Source: Thainema sp. (lineage in GTDB: Bacteria; Cyanobacteriota; Cyanobacteriia; Phormidesmidales; Phormidesmidaceae). Taken from it: a DNA stretch of 64,000 bases. Positions 20,291-30,251 of the stretch are shown here, piece after piece (within the stretch, counting starts at the first letter, position 1; every line of letters begins with the position of its first letter). The notes beneath the pieces were generated by a model. The model ran no database searches. It was not told where the DNA came from and was given only the letters and a program-made list of their open reading frames with translations. The position numbers and the translations under genes were made by a program. The DNA lies in NCBI GenBank assembly GCA_052168235.1, contig JBQLZK010000006.1, forward strand, positions 104,837 through 168,836, given 5' to 3'.

Positions 20291-20575
20291 TTGGTTTGAT
20301 TTAGTTGGCTTGATTCGGCGTCGTGCAGAGGCATCATGCCGAATAGATTTCAACTCAGTACCAAAAGCCTCAAACTAAACGACAACGATCCTGGCAACTT
20401 CTATTAAGATCCCGATAAAGGATGCCATCAGAATCAAGATTTTAGTAAAAGATGCCACGGTGCAGATCTGGGTCTCGTGACTGTAGATTTTGCGTCCGTC
20501 CTATGCAAAAGTCTTAAATGCGTAGCCCCAACCAATTTGTGATGGTGTGAGGACGATACGGAGGGAAGATAGAAC

Positions 20576-21256
20576 GTGAACATTTTCGAAATATTTAGCC
20601 GTGGCGGATTCGCCATGTGGCCGCTGCTGATTCTGTCGATTTTGGCCGTCGGCACCATCATTGAGCGCATTTGGTTTTGGTCAAAAATTCTCAACAAAGA
20701 GCGGGAAGTTGCCGATCGAGTGCTCAATGCGGCTCGTGACAGTTGGCTAGCGGCCACCGATGTGTCTCGTCAGGCCCGTGCCTTACCAATGGGTCGAGTC
20801 CTTTACAGGGCGTTACATCTCGTCAATCCGGAGCCTGAAGTGTTTCGGCTGGCGCTCGAAACGGCTGCAAACGAAGAGATTGCCGCCATGCGACGCGGGG
20901 AAAAGCTGTTGGAGGCAACGATTGCTCTGGCACCGCTGTTGGGATTACTTGGTACCGTACTCGGCTTGATTAATTCACTTGGTTCCATCCGTTTGGGTGA
21001 ACTTGGCACAGATGCGACTTCCGGTGTCACCCTGGGGATTGGTGAATCGCTGATCAGTACGGCGGCTGGACTCGTTGTGGCAATTATTGCGCTCGTGTTT
21101 TATCGCATTTTTCAATCGTTTGCCTTTAATCAAGCTAAAACCTTCAATCGCGCAGGTAGTGAACTGGAACTGCTGTATCGGCAAGATTGGGCAAATACTG
21201 GCGGTATGCCGATGAAAGAGCTACCCACCGATCACCAGGAAAGTCCGGCTTTATAA
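20576..21256 (+). CDS. exbB: MotA/TolQ/ExbB proton channel protein
   Basis: APLLGLLGTVLGLI, GIGESLISTAAGL. Confidence 0.9.
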   Translation: MNIFEIFSRGGFAMWPLLILSILAVGTIIERIWFWSKILNKEREVADRVLNAARDSWLAATDVSRQARALPMGRVLYRALHLVNPEPEVFRLALETAANEEIAAMRRGEKLLEATIALAPLLGLLGTVLGLINSLGSIRLGELGTDATSGVTLGIGESLISTAAGLVVAIIALVFYRIFQSFAFNQAKTFNRAGSELELLYRQDWANTGGMPMKELPTDHQESPAL

Positions 21257-21434
21257 GCCGAATGCTGAAGAATGTTGAAGAATATTTAAGAGCAGGGATA
21301 GGAGGGCGGATTGCGATCGCAACCCCCATTTGCAACCCTAATTCGCAACCTCATCCACATCCCATTCCAACCGACAGTCAACAGTCTGCAATCTGAACCC
21401 CAGGTAAAATCACGCAAACGGATCAACACTTTTT

Positions 21435-22085
21435 ATGAACGTCAACTTTGACTCCCAAACCGAAGAAGTCCGGATCGAGATCGTGCCGCTGATTGATGTG
21501 ATCTTCTGCATCTTGACGTTCTTTATCCTGGCGGCAGTGAGCTTGACCCGACAGCAGGCCATTAATGTTGATCTGCCCCAGGCCAGTACAGGTGCGCCGC
21601 AGATGCAGGATATGCTGCTGGTCAGTATCGATTCCATTGGTCAAATTTACGTCGAGCAGCAACCAGTCACCTTTCAGCAATTGACCGATGTGCTAGGCCA
21701 GTATGAGCAGGCGGTTCCAGAAGGACTGCTTGTTCTCTACGCCTCACGGAATGCTCGCTATGCAGAGGTTGTGGAGGTCTTAGATCTGCTCCGCTCGGTC
21801 GGTGGCGATCGGGTGGCGCTGGCTACGCTACCAGACACAGCCACTCCACTCAATCCCAACGATCCAGGACTGGATAATCCCTCCCAAGACGACCTGCTGC
21901 TGCCGGCTGATCCATTTGGTACTCCGGGTTCCGGTGATGGGTCACCGGGGTTGTCCGATCCGCTCGGTAGCGACCCGCTTAACCCGCTAGCGCCGGGTGG
22001 TTCTGGTTCTTTGGACAATGACGGCTCTGGTTTGCTGACTCCCTCCAATCCCAGCAGTTTGCCATCAGATGACGCTGATAATTAA
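21435..22085 (+). CDS. exbD: ExbD/TolR family protein with D/P/G-rich C-terminal tail
   Basis: IEIVPLIDVIFCILTFF TM with conserved Asp; follows exbB. Confidence 0.9.
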   Translation: MNVNFDSQTEEVRIEIVPLIDVIFCILTFFILAAVSLTRQQAINVDLPQASTGAPQMQDMLLVSIDSIGQIYVEQQPVTFQQLTDVLGQYEQAVPEGLLVLYASRNARYAEVVEVLDLLRSVGGDRVALATLPDTATPLNPNDPGLDNPSQDDLLLPADPFGTPGSGDGSPGLSDPLGSDPLNPLAPGGSGSLDNDGSGLLTPSNPSSLPSDDADN

Positions 22086-22213
22086 TGACGCTGGCAATTA
22101 ATGCTGACAATTAACTCAGTGGGATTTTTACCGTGGAACTTTAATGCGGCTGTATCGTCGTGTAGCTTCGTGGGCTGTTGGTTTTTTCCTGCTGATCTCA
22201 TTCACATCTCCTT

Positions 22214-22810
22214 ATGAACAAGCTACTCAATTCGCTGGTTAAACGTCGCGCTCCACGTCTAGGTCAAGCTTGGGCGTTGGGCATGGGGATAGGTCTGTTC
22301 TGGTCGGGATCTGCGATCGCGGCTGAAACCGTAACGTTCAGATACAATGAGCTGGAATTTGGGGTTTCAACACCAGAGCTGCGCGTCTTTGCCGAAACGG
22401 GTGAAATCACCTCACCGCTTATCCGCTTGGCCTCTCGTCAATATCCTGAGATTGCTGACAAGGCTCGCTTAGTCCTTAATCAGAGCGTTGCCCTAGAAGG
22501 CAAAGTTGAAAAAGAAATTGGTAGCACAATCATTGGCTCTGCGGTGCTAGAACAGCTTGACAAACTGCTAGATGACGCCACTGGGCAGGATAATACTGAA
22601 CCTATTCAGTCAGCCATCTTGGCTGCTTATGCAGACGATCAAGTGGTTTCGCTAGTTGAGATTATTGAGGAGTATCCCGAAGACAATATCGTCGTCAATC
22701 TCAGTAATTTAGAACAGGTTTACAGCGAGGCTTTAGCTGTGATTGAGCGTGTTCAGCCAGCTCTCGGGGTCCTCCAGGATGTGCTAGATATCCTGGGTGC
22801 TGGGAGCTAA
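22214..22810 (+). CDS. DUF1400-like exported protein
   Basis: Signal peptide, AAETVTFRY..EL..FAETG, VSLVEIIEEYP..I.VNL. Confidence 0.7.
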   Translation: MNKLLNSLVKRRAPRLGQAWALGMGIGLFWSGSAIAAETVTFRYNELEFGVSTPELRVFAETGEITSPLIRLASRQYPEIADKARLVLNQSVALEGKVEKEIGSTIIGSAVLEQLDKLLDDATGQDNTEPIQSAILAAYADDQVVSLVEIIEEYPEDNIVVNLSNLEQVYSEALAVIERVQPALGVLQDVLDILGAGS

Positions 22811-22840
22811 TGATTTGAGGCCGAATGCAGGTGAGTTAAC

Positions 22841-22868
22841 GGGGGCGCAATGCGTCCCCTTCTTTTTT
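22841..22868 (+). terminator. Intrinsic terminator
   Basis: GGGGGCGC-aat-GCGTCCCC followed by ttctttttt. Confidence 0.75.
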
Positions 22869-23315
22869 GTGAACGATTTACAGTGCCGATGTTACACAAA
22901 AGATAACGATCAAGATAACGATGGGTTTCAATTCCACTAAAAAGAGACAGAACTACCCTTGGGTCGAAATATGGCCGTTTGAGGCAATTACCATCCCATT
23001 ACACCACCTCACCTCATGGACTAATGTCATAAATGAGACACAATATGAACTTTGTTATATTTCAGTTCTCTTCAGTTAAGAACAGCCGCCGCAATCATTC
23101 GATATTGTGAGAGGTGGAGTATTTTCCGCTGTTCTAGCTGGAAGATGCGATCGCAAAAGATTGCTTCACTAAAAACTCCGTCCTCCTTATAAATCTCCGT
23201 TTGTGTTGGGAAACAGAATTGTTCCAGCAGCAGATTTTTCTGCTAGGAAACATTGGCTCCCGACATGAATTTAGTCAACCGAATGATGCTGAGCAATTGA
23301 TCTGTTGTAATAGCA

Positions 23316-24170
23316 ATGATTGAAAAGATTTTACTAGCCGATTCCGGCACGGGTCATTCCGAAGAAATGCTCCAAGCGCTGATGGATATCCCGTCCATCA
23401 AAAATGCCTCAGTGACCGTCTTACACGTTGTCCCACCCCAAGTCTCTTCCGATACGATGACGGAGAAATGGGAAGAGGGCGGTAAGCTGCTTGCCGCCGC
23501 CGTGCAGCGTCTCCAGCTTGATCCAGGTAAAACCAACGCGATTTTGCGTGAGGGTGAACCCAAAGATGTAGTCTGTCAGGTTGCCGAAGAAATTGACACG
23601 GATCTAATTGTGATGGGTTCACGAGGGCTCAAGCGCCTCCAGTCCATCCTAGAGAATTCAGTCAGCCAGTATGTCTTCCAGTTAGCGGCCCGCCCAATGC
23701 TGCTGGTTAAAGACGATATCTACGTGAAAAAGATTAGGAAAATCTTAGTCGCGCTCGACAAATCCGATATGGCGAAACAGTGCCTCGATTTAGCGATCGC
23801 ATTTGCCCGCGATGTTAGCGGCAGCGAACTAATCTTTGTTCACACCACACCAGATTTAAAGAGCAATCCCCAAGAGCTGTTTGCAGGCCATCCCGAAGAC
23901 GATCCGGTACTGAAAAATGCCGTTGCTGAGGCGAAGAAGTACGGCATCAAGTACAAGTGTGAAGCACCAGCCGGAGAACCGGGACGCCGCATTTGCCAAC
24001 TCGCTGAAGAAAAGAGCGTAGACTTGCTGATGCTCGGTTCACCCGAACGGCGTCCTTCAATTGCCAAGAGCTTACCCGATTTGGATCGCCTGCTGGGACG
24101 GTCTCTCTCAGATTTCATTCGCGTCTACGCCAATTGTCCAGTCATGCTAGTACGCCAGCCCACGGTGTAG
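23316..24170 (+). CDS. Universal stress protein (two USP domains)
   Basis: KILLADSG, DLIVMGSRG..SVSQYV, KILVALD, DLLMLGS. Confidence 0.92.
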   Translation: MIEKILLADSGTGHSEEMLQALMDIPSIKNASVTVLHVVPPQVSSDTMTEKWEEGGKLLAAAVQRLQLDPGKTNAILREGEPKDVVCQVAEEIDTDLIVMGSRGLKRLQSILENSVSQYVFQLAARPMLLVKDDIYVKKIRKILVALDKSDMAKQCLDLAIAFARDVSGSELIFVHTTPDLKSNPQELFAGHPEDDPVLKNAVAEAKKYGIKYKCEAPAGEPGRRICQLAEEKSVDLLMLGSPERRPSIAKSLPDLDRLLGRSLSDFIRVYANCPVMLVRQPTV

Positions 24171-24285
24171 GCGATTCTTGTTTACATCTTGCACCAATCT
24201 CAGGCGGGTGATTTTGTCGTCGCATCGCGGCAGCGAAATCCCTGGCCCAGCTTTTAGGTTTGCCAGGTGCAAGATGTGAGCAAGA

Positions 24286-24364
24286 TGCATAATCTAAAGA
24301 ACCGGGGAAGCCCCGCCGGGGTTTCCCCGGTTCTTAGATGCGTTTACTTATGCCAACCTACTTA
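24286..24364. mobile_element. Second, left-truncated copy of the 15839-15943 MITE-like element
   Basis: atgcataatctaaagaaccgggg...tgcgtttacttatgccaacctactta; hairpin AAGAACCGGGGAAGCCCC-gcc-GGGGTTTCCCCGGTTCTT. Confidence 0.65.
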
Positions 24365-24442
24365 TAAAGCTCGATTAAACTTTATTAATTCAAAGGATTT
24401 TGGCCTAGATCTCAACATAATTCCCTGTCAGCCCCTTAAATC

Positions 24443-25387
24443 ATGGCTCAGGATATTCCCGCTCCCCGCAATCGTACACTGCGACTATCTGACGAAGAGC
24501 GATCGCACTTTCAATCAAACCTGCTCAAATTGTCCCAACCCGCTACTGTTGAGACCATTTTGAATCGCACAGTCTGCCAAGATATGTTTGAAGTGCTTGA
24601 TTATTTGCCTAGCAGCTTCGTAGACCTGCTGTTTCTCGATCCGCCCTACAACCTCAACAAGCAGTTTCGCCAGTTCAAAGTCCAGCAGCAGTCCAATCAG
24701 GATTATGCCGACTGGATCTTCACCTGGTTAAAACCGCTAACCCGCGTTTTGAAACCGACGGCTTCAGTCTATTTTTGCTGCGACTGGCACTCCTCTGCTG
24801 CGGTTTATTCCGTGGTTGAACAGCTGTTTAAAATCCGTAATCGCATCACTTGGGAGCGGGAAAAGGGACGAGCCGCTAAGAGCAATTGGAAAAATTGTGC
24901 CGAAGATATTTGGTTCTGTACGGTTGCCGACGACTATTATTTCGATGCTCAGGCCGTGCGCCTCAAGCGCCAGGTTCGCGCTCCCTACCGAGATTCCCAA
25001 GGCACCCCAAAAGATTGGCAACCCACTCGTCGGGGTAACTTTCGCCTGACGGCGGCCTCTAACCTGTGGACGGATTTAACCGTGCCGTTCTGGTCGATGC
25101 CGGAAAACACTGAACATCCCACCCAAAAACCTGAAAAGCTGCTCGCTAAGGTGATCCTGGCAAGCTGTCCTGCTGATAGCGTTGTGTTTGACCCGTTTTT
25201 AGGATCGGGTACGACTTCAGTGGTGGCTAAAAAGCTGGGGCGGCAGTTTGTCGGGATTGAAATGGACGAATATTATGCCTGTCTAGCCGAAAAGCGTTTA
25301 GCCTTAGCCGAGACGGACGTGCGGATTCAGGGATACTGCGATCGCATTTTCTGGGAACGCAACAGCCTGGGCGCACAACAGTGCTAG
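24443..25387 (+). CDS. Orphan N6/N4 DNA methyltransferase (beta class)
   Basis: DPPY (motif IV) precedes HPTQKP and DPFLGSGT (motif I); no adjacent nuclease gene. Confidence 0.92.
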   Translation: MAQDIPAPRNRTLRLSDEERSHFQSNLLKLSQPATVETILNRTVCQDMFEVLDYLPSSFVDLLFLDPPYNLNKQFRQFKVQQQSNQDYADWIFTWLKPLTRVLKPTASVYFCCDWHSSAAVYSVVEQLFKIRNRITWEREKGRAAKSNWKNCAEDIWFCTVADDYYFDAQAVRLKRQVRAPYRDSQGTPKDWQPTRRGNFRLTAASNLWTDLTVPFWSMPENTEHPTQKPEKLLAKVILASCPADSVVFDPFLGSGTTSVVAKKLGRQFVGIEMDEYYACLAEKRLALAETDVRIQGYCDRIFWERNSLGAQQC

Positions 25388-25433
25388 CCAAATAGCTTTC
25401 TTTGTTCGAGCAAAATTAGTTAAGCAACTAAAA

Positions 25434-25467
25434 AGCGAGAGAGCATTCAACTGAATGCTCTCTCGCT
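25434..25467 (-). terminator. Terminator hairpin between the MTase and psbM
   Basis: AGCGAGAGAGCATTC-aact-GAATGCTCTCTCGCT preceded by an A run. Confidence 0.7.
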
Positions 25468-25568
25468 GTCAAAGAATTACTCTCAATCAGATTGGATCGT
25501 GTTCTAGACACCTTGCCTGTCTTCTGGAGAGGCATAGCGTTGCTACACCTCTACCCAGAGTCAACCAC

Positions 25569-25679
25569 TTACTTGTTTGCTTGGCTACTGGCAGTCTGAA
25601 TGTACAGAATCAACAGAAAAACCGTTGGTACTAGCACAAACAGAATGCTAGCCACAAATCCTAGATTATTAACTTCCAT
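25569..25679 (-). CDS. psbM: Photosystem II protein PsbM (36 aa, not in ORF track)
   Basis: Manual translation [36 protein letters not shown]. Confidence 0.96.
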   Translation of the reverse strand: MEVNNLGFVASILFVLVPTVFLLILYIQTASSQANK

Positions 25680-25853
25680 GGGATCGAGCCTCTATTAAAA
25701 CGCTAAGCAGGTCGAGCAAAATAACTACTGTCCAGAATATCATCTCAGCTCAACTGTTCTGACATGATCCCATCTACATAAATTTGCGGTCATCATCAGG
25801 GGCTTACCCAAGAGCATGTCTGCTTGTTCTAGCCCCTGAAAATTCGTGGGTAA

Positions 25854-26195
25854 TTAAGCCTTCGCCTCCTCTACCTTCTCCGACTTGTTTGAGCGCGTCT
25901 GAGGTTTCGTTCGAACCGTCACTGACCCATTTACGATGGTTTGGCAGGCAAGACGATAGCTATCGGGCTTTTTGCGTAGCTTTCGCTCCTCTGCCTCAGT
26001 TTTGGGCGATAGATTTTCCATGCCCTCTACAATTTCCACCGCACAGGTACCACACTGCCCATAACCACCGCAGTTCATCATCTTGCCAAACAAGGTGTAA
26101 ATATCCACCTCATTTTCCAGAGCCTTGAGCCGCAAATTTGCTCCGTCGGCAGCAATCACTTCTTTCTCTTCTTCAATAAACTTAATATTTGCCAT
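25854..26195 (-). CDS. 2Fe-2S ferredoxin-like protein
   Basis: [11 protein letters not shown]...RLACQ; start MANIKF. Confidence 0.92.
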   Translation of the reverse strand: MANIKFIEEEKEVIAADGANLRLKALENEVDIYTLFGKMMNCGGYGQCGTCAVEIVEGMENLSPKTEAEERKLRKKPDSYRLACQTIVNGSVTVRTKPQTRSNKSEKVEEAKA

Positions 26196-26568
26196 ACGGC
26201 TGTGCCCTCCTAGCAGTTTCATGACTGCTTCTGCGTCTACAATCTTCGTCTAGTCTGAATTCCTGCGTCTGTCCAACACCGTTCAGTGTGAACAAAGTGA
26301 CGGTAACAGCATTCAAAACCCGCTTGCAATAGGGGGTTGGCACTGGTTACACTTCTTTATACACTTTCATTTTTACAAAAGTATTGCCAAACGTCCATTT
26401 AACTATCTAGGCACAAGGCTACTTCCCTCTCTGGGTAAGAACCTCAGCTAAATGTAGTATTTGGCAGTACTTAGGCGGTTCTGATCTGGTAGTCTTAATT
26501 CCAGTATTAGCACCTTAATAAAAGGCTGAAAGAATCGTTGAAATCCGTATAGAGGAGGAGCGTAGTCA

Positions 26569-28095
26569 ATGGGACTACCTTGGTACCGAGTACATACAGT
26601 CGTCTTGAATGATCCAGGTCGACTGATTGCGGTTCACCTGATGCATACTGCACTGGTCGCAGGCTGGGCTGGCTCCATGGCCCTTTATGAATTAGCTATT
26701 TTCGACCCTAGTGATCCCGTTTTGAACCCAATGTGGCGTCAGGGCATGTTCGTACTGCCCTTTATGGCCCGCTTGGGTGTAACGGAATCCTGGGGCGGCT
26801 GGAGCATCACGGGTGGAAGCGCAGTAGATCCTGGATTTTGGTCCTTCGAGGGCGTTGCTGCTGCCCACATCGTTCTGTCTGGCTTGCTGTTCCTAGCAGC
26901 TTGCTGGCACTGGGTCTATTGGGATTTGGATCTGTTCCGTGATGCACGGACAGGCGAACCAGCCCTAGACTTGCCTAAAATGTTTGGCATTCATTTGTTC
27001 CTGTCAGGACTACTTTGCTTTGGTTTTGGCGCATTCCACCTGACTGGTCTCTGGGGACCAGGCATGTGGGTATCTGACCCCTACGGCTTAACGGGTAGTA
27101 TTCAACCCGTTGCACCCGAATGGGGGCCTGCTGGGTTTAACCCATTTAATCCAGGTGGCGTTGCAGCCCACCATATTGCAGCAGGTGTTGTTGGGGTAAT
27201 TGCTGGTCTATTCCACCTCAGCGTTCGTCCGCCTCAGCGACTCTACAAAGCGCTGCGTATGGGTAACATTGAAACCGTTCTATCCAGCAGTATTGCTGCG
27301 GTTTTCTTTGCTGCATTCGTAGTGGCTGGCACCATGTGGTACGGCAGTGCAACCACGCCCATCGAGCTGTTTGGCCCTACCCGCTATCAGTGGGATAGTG
27401 GCTACTTTAAGCAGGAAATTGATCGCCGAGTTCAAACCGAGTTAGCAAGCGGAGCTTCTCTAGAAGAGGCCTGGGAAACCGTTCCTGAAAAGCTAGCTTT
27501 CTACGATTACGTTGGCAACAACCCTGCTAAAGGTGGTTTGTTCCGGACAGGCGCGATGGTCAATGGTGATGGCATTGCTCGTAGCTGGTTAGGCCATCCC
27601 GTCTTCAAGGACAGCGAAGGGCGCGAGCTTTTCGTCCGTCGGATTCCTAACTTCTTTGAGAACTTCCCCGTTGTTCTCACGGACAAAGATGGTATCGTTC
27701 GCGCTGACATTCCATTCCGTCGGGCTGAATCGAAGTATAGCTTTGAGCAGACTGGCGTCACGGTCAGCTTCTACGGTGGCGATCTAGATGGTCAAACCTT
27801 CACCGATCCGGCGGTTGTGAAGCGCTTTGCGCGGAAATCTCAGCTGGGCGAACCGTTCGAATTTGACCGCGAAACGTTGGATTCAGACGGTGTATTCCGG
27901 ACGAGTCCGCGTGGCTGGTTTACTTACGGCCATGCTGTGTTTGCTCTCATCTTCTTCTTTGGTCACATCTGGCACGGTTCTCGGACCTTGTACCGAGACG
28001 TGTTTGCTGGGGTTGACCCTGAGCTGTCTGAAGAGCAAGTGGAGTGGGGCTTCTTCCAGAAAGTGGGTGACAAGACAACCCGCAAGGAAGCTTAA
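26569..28095 (+). CDS. psbB: Photosystem II CP47 protein
   Basis: [19 protein letters not shown]; full length 508 aa; GAGGAG RBS. Confidence 0.99.
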   Translation: MGLPWYRVHTVVLNDPGRLIAVHLMHTALVAGWAGSMALYELAIFDPSDPVLNPMWRQGMFVLPFMARLGVTESWGGWSITGGSAVDPGFWSFEGVAAAHIVLSGLLFLAACWHWVYWDLDLFRDARTGEPALDLPKMFGIHLFLSGLLCFGFGAFHLTGLWGPGMWVSDPYGLTGSIQPVAPEWGPAGFNPFNPGGVAAHHIAAGVVGVIAGLFHLSVRPPQRLYKALRMGNIETVLSSSIAAVFFAAFVVAGTMWYGSATTPIELFGPTRYQWDSGYFKQEIDRRVQTELASGASLEEAWETVPEKLAFYDYVGNNPAKGGLFRTGAMVNGDGIARSWLGHPVFKDSEGRELFVRRIPNFFENFPVVLTDKDGIVRADIPFRRAESKYSFEQTGVTVSFYGGDLDGQTFTDPAVVKRFARKSQLGEPFEFDRETLDSDGVFRTSPRGWFTYGHAVFALIFFFGHIWHGSRTLYRDVFAGVDPELSEEQVEWGFFQKVGDKTTRKEA

Positions 28096-28256
28096 GCGAA
28101 TCAGATTGGCATGAGTTAGACATCCAGCGATCGCACTTCATCTATGAGATGCATCGCTGGATTACTTTTTCCCGGTAATTCTGAACGAAATCACCCGGAT
28201 TGGTTCTTAGAACCGATACACTGGAAATAAGAGAAAGCTCTGAGGAAAAGCTTGCT

Positions 28257-28355
28257 ATGGAAAGCGTTGCATATATTTTCATTTTCACCTGCATCATTGG
28301 CACTCTTTTCTTTGCGATCGCATTTCGGGAACCTCCCCGGATCAACAAAGACTAG
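28257..28355 (+). CDS. psbT: Photosystem II protein PsbT (32 aa, not in ORF track)
   Basis: Manual translation MESVAYIFIFTCIIGTLFFAIAFREPPRINKD. Confidence 0.96.
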   Translation: MESVAYIFIFTCIIGTLFFAIAFREPPRINKD

Positions 28356-28944
28356 GTGTCGCGCCAAGTTGGCGACTGTCTTATCGCTTTAGCATTTACT
28401 TAATAAGTCTTGGCGAGAGACAAACAGCTCAACTTCACGACAAAAAAATATCTTGGTTAACCCAAGTAAGGCTTAAGACATCCATCGGTGCTAGGCATTA
28501 CTTGGGTTAAACCGTATAATGCAAAGTGATACAGACTAAACTCACTTCATCTTGGAAGCCATTTTTCAATAGAAAAATCCGGATTTCTAAGATGAATTGG
28601 TTTAACGAGTTCAAAGTTACTTAAACGCTTTTGAGTTTGGGTTGGCTTTTTCCACTTCAGCATTTGTAAGTCTCAACGCTGGCTGATACAAAATCCGGTG
28701 CTTAAGTCCTTATCTAGCCTTATAAAAGATTTGCACTGCAACCTTTTTGTAAGGGATAAAGTTGGTGAAGGATAAAGTTGATTTTTACTAGTGAATACAG
28801 GATTTAACCGAATCAAGCGTTGTCTGAGCTTGATCAAAGCGTTGAGTAATGACTTAGGTAACTAATTTTTTGTTCTGTTTTTGTTCGACCCGCCTCTATT
28901 TTGCAGTTGTTGAGCAAGGCAGGTTCACTTAGAGGATACTAGCC

Positions 28945-29487
28945 ATGCGTTGCCCTTTTTGTCAGCATCCCGATAATCGCGTCTTAGAGTCGCGTTCTGC
29001 TGAATCTGGCCAAAGTGTCCGACGGCGACGCGAGTGTTTACAGTGCAATCGTCGGTTTACAACCTATGAGCGCATTGAATTTGTTCCAGTTACAGTCATT
29101 AAGCGCAACGAAGAACGAGAATCGTTTGATCGTTCGAAGCTCCACAAAGGAATTGCCCGTGCGTGTGAAAAAACGGGCGTTGAAGTCGCGGTTATAGAAC
29201 GAATAGTGGATGACATCGAAGCTGAGTTGCAGCAGAGAGCCGATCGGGAAGTGCGGAGCGAAGAGATCGGTCAGCTTGTTCTCCAACATTTGCAGTCGAT
29301 TAACGAAGTTGCCTATGTCCGCTTTGCTTCGGTTTATCGGCAGTTTCAGGGTATTCGTGACTTTATTGAGGTACTTGAAGATCTGCGGGATCCCACTGCG
29401 GACAAAACTCCGCGATCACAAAGTGCAAGACCAGCCTCTACGGAAACTCCCTCGGAACCGGAGTTGGCCTCCAAATCAGGACGGTAA
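28945..29487 (+). CDS. nrdR: Transcriptional repressor NrdR
   Basis: MRCPFC...[18 protein letters not shown]-cone, AYVRFASVY. Confidence 0.97.
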   Translation: MRCPFCQHPDNRVLESRSAESGQSVRRRRECLQCNRRFTTYERIEFVPVTVIKRNEERESFDRSKLHKGIARACEKTGVEVAVIERIVDDIEAELQQRADREVRSEEIGQLVLQHLQSINEVAYVRFASVYRQFQGIRDFIEVLEDLRDPTADKTPRSQSARPASTETPSEPELASKSGR

Positions 29488-29547
29488 ACGATTGATACTT
29501 GTTACTCGCTATCAGTTATTCAGTTATCCACGCTGCCGTGATCGACT

Positions 29548-29880
29548 CTAACGCCAGCGCCAGCGGGCATCTAGAATGGTGCGACTGAGAACCCGCAGTG
29601 GATCAGGCGTTTCTCCTGAAAATAGTGAAAAATCAACTGGGCCGAAGTATCGTTCTGCCTGCTCTGCTAGGCGTTCGAGGAACGGATCATCTAAATGAAT
29701 GCGGGTTGCTAGTCGAATTGAAAGTAAAGGAACTCCTCCCTGACCTTCCCCAGGAATAATGCTCCATTCGTACTCATCTAGAACAGATTGGAGCGATGGA
29801 TCAAGCGATGCTTTGAATTGCTTGAGAGATGCAAGTTTGGATTGAAGTTCTCGTAGCAATCCAGAGTCGGTTGGCTTCAT
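29548..29880 (-). CDS. Hypothetical protein
   Basis: 110-aa ORF with GAGG upstream, fills the gap between nrdR and the S4 gene. Confidence 0.7.
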   Translation of the reverse strand: MKPTDSGLLRELQSKLASLKQFKASLDPSLQSVLDEYEWSIIPGEGQGGVPLLSIRLATRIHLDDPFLERLAEQAERYFGPVDFSLFSGETPDPLRVLSRTILDARWRWR

Positions 29881-29992
29881 GGAGATGCCTCATTGAACGT
29901 GGATAATTCCCTTGCCTAGATTGATCGTAGCCTTGCTTCAGGCATTGTGAGATAAAGACTTTCTAAGACTCTTGAAGATGAGAGTTAAAACG

Positions 29993-30190
29993 ATGACAAC
30001 AGACGTAACGATTAAACTCGATCAGTTTCTCAAGTTAATAGGTATTGCTCCGACGGGTGGAATCGCCAAGATGATGATCCAAAGCGGAGATGTGCAGGTG
30101 AATGGCGAAGTTGAAACTCGTAGAGGGCGTAAGCTGTTACCAGGAGACCAGGTGACAGTCGGTTCACAAATGTATGAATTTGAAGGGTGA
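29993..30190 (+). CDS. RNA-binding S4 domain protein (YaaA-like)
   Basis: IKLDQFLK..G...TGG.AK..I..G.V.VNGEVETRRGRKL. Confidence 0.9.
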   Translation: MTTDVTIKLDQFLKLIGIAPTGGIAKMMIQSGDVQVNGEVETRRGRKLLPGDQVTVGSQMYEFEG

Positions 30191-30251
30191 TGCAGATTTT
30201 ATATCGAATCTGCTCAAAGCTTGTCTGCCACATTAGTTACCGAGTGGGGGG

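Noticed and set aside
22069..22114. Triple repeat atgacgctgataatta at the exbD stop (similar short duplications at 8268-8297 and 20285-20313)
   Set aside because: Short slippage-type duplications with no further supporting structure.
22925..22948. GTTTCAATTCCACTAAAAAGAGAC resembles a CRISPR repeat start
   Set aside because: Single copy only.
26457..26470. NtcA-like GTA-N8-TAC upstream of psbB
   Set aside because: A 6-base match is common by chance, and the nearest TAN3T is 19 nt away rather than about 22.
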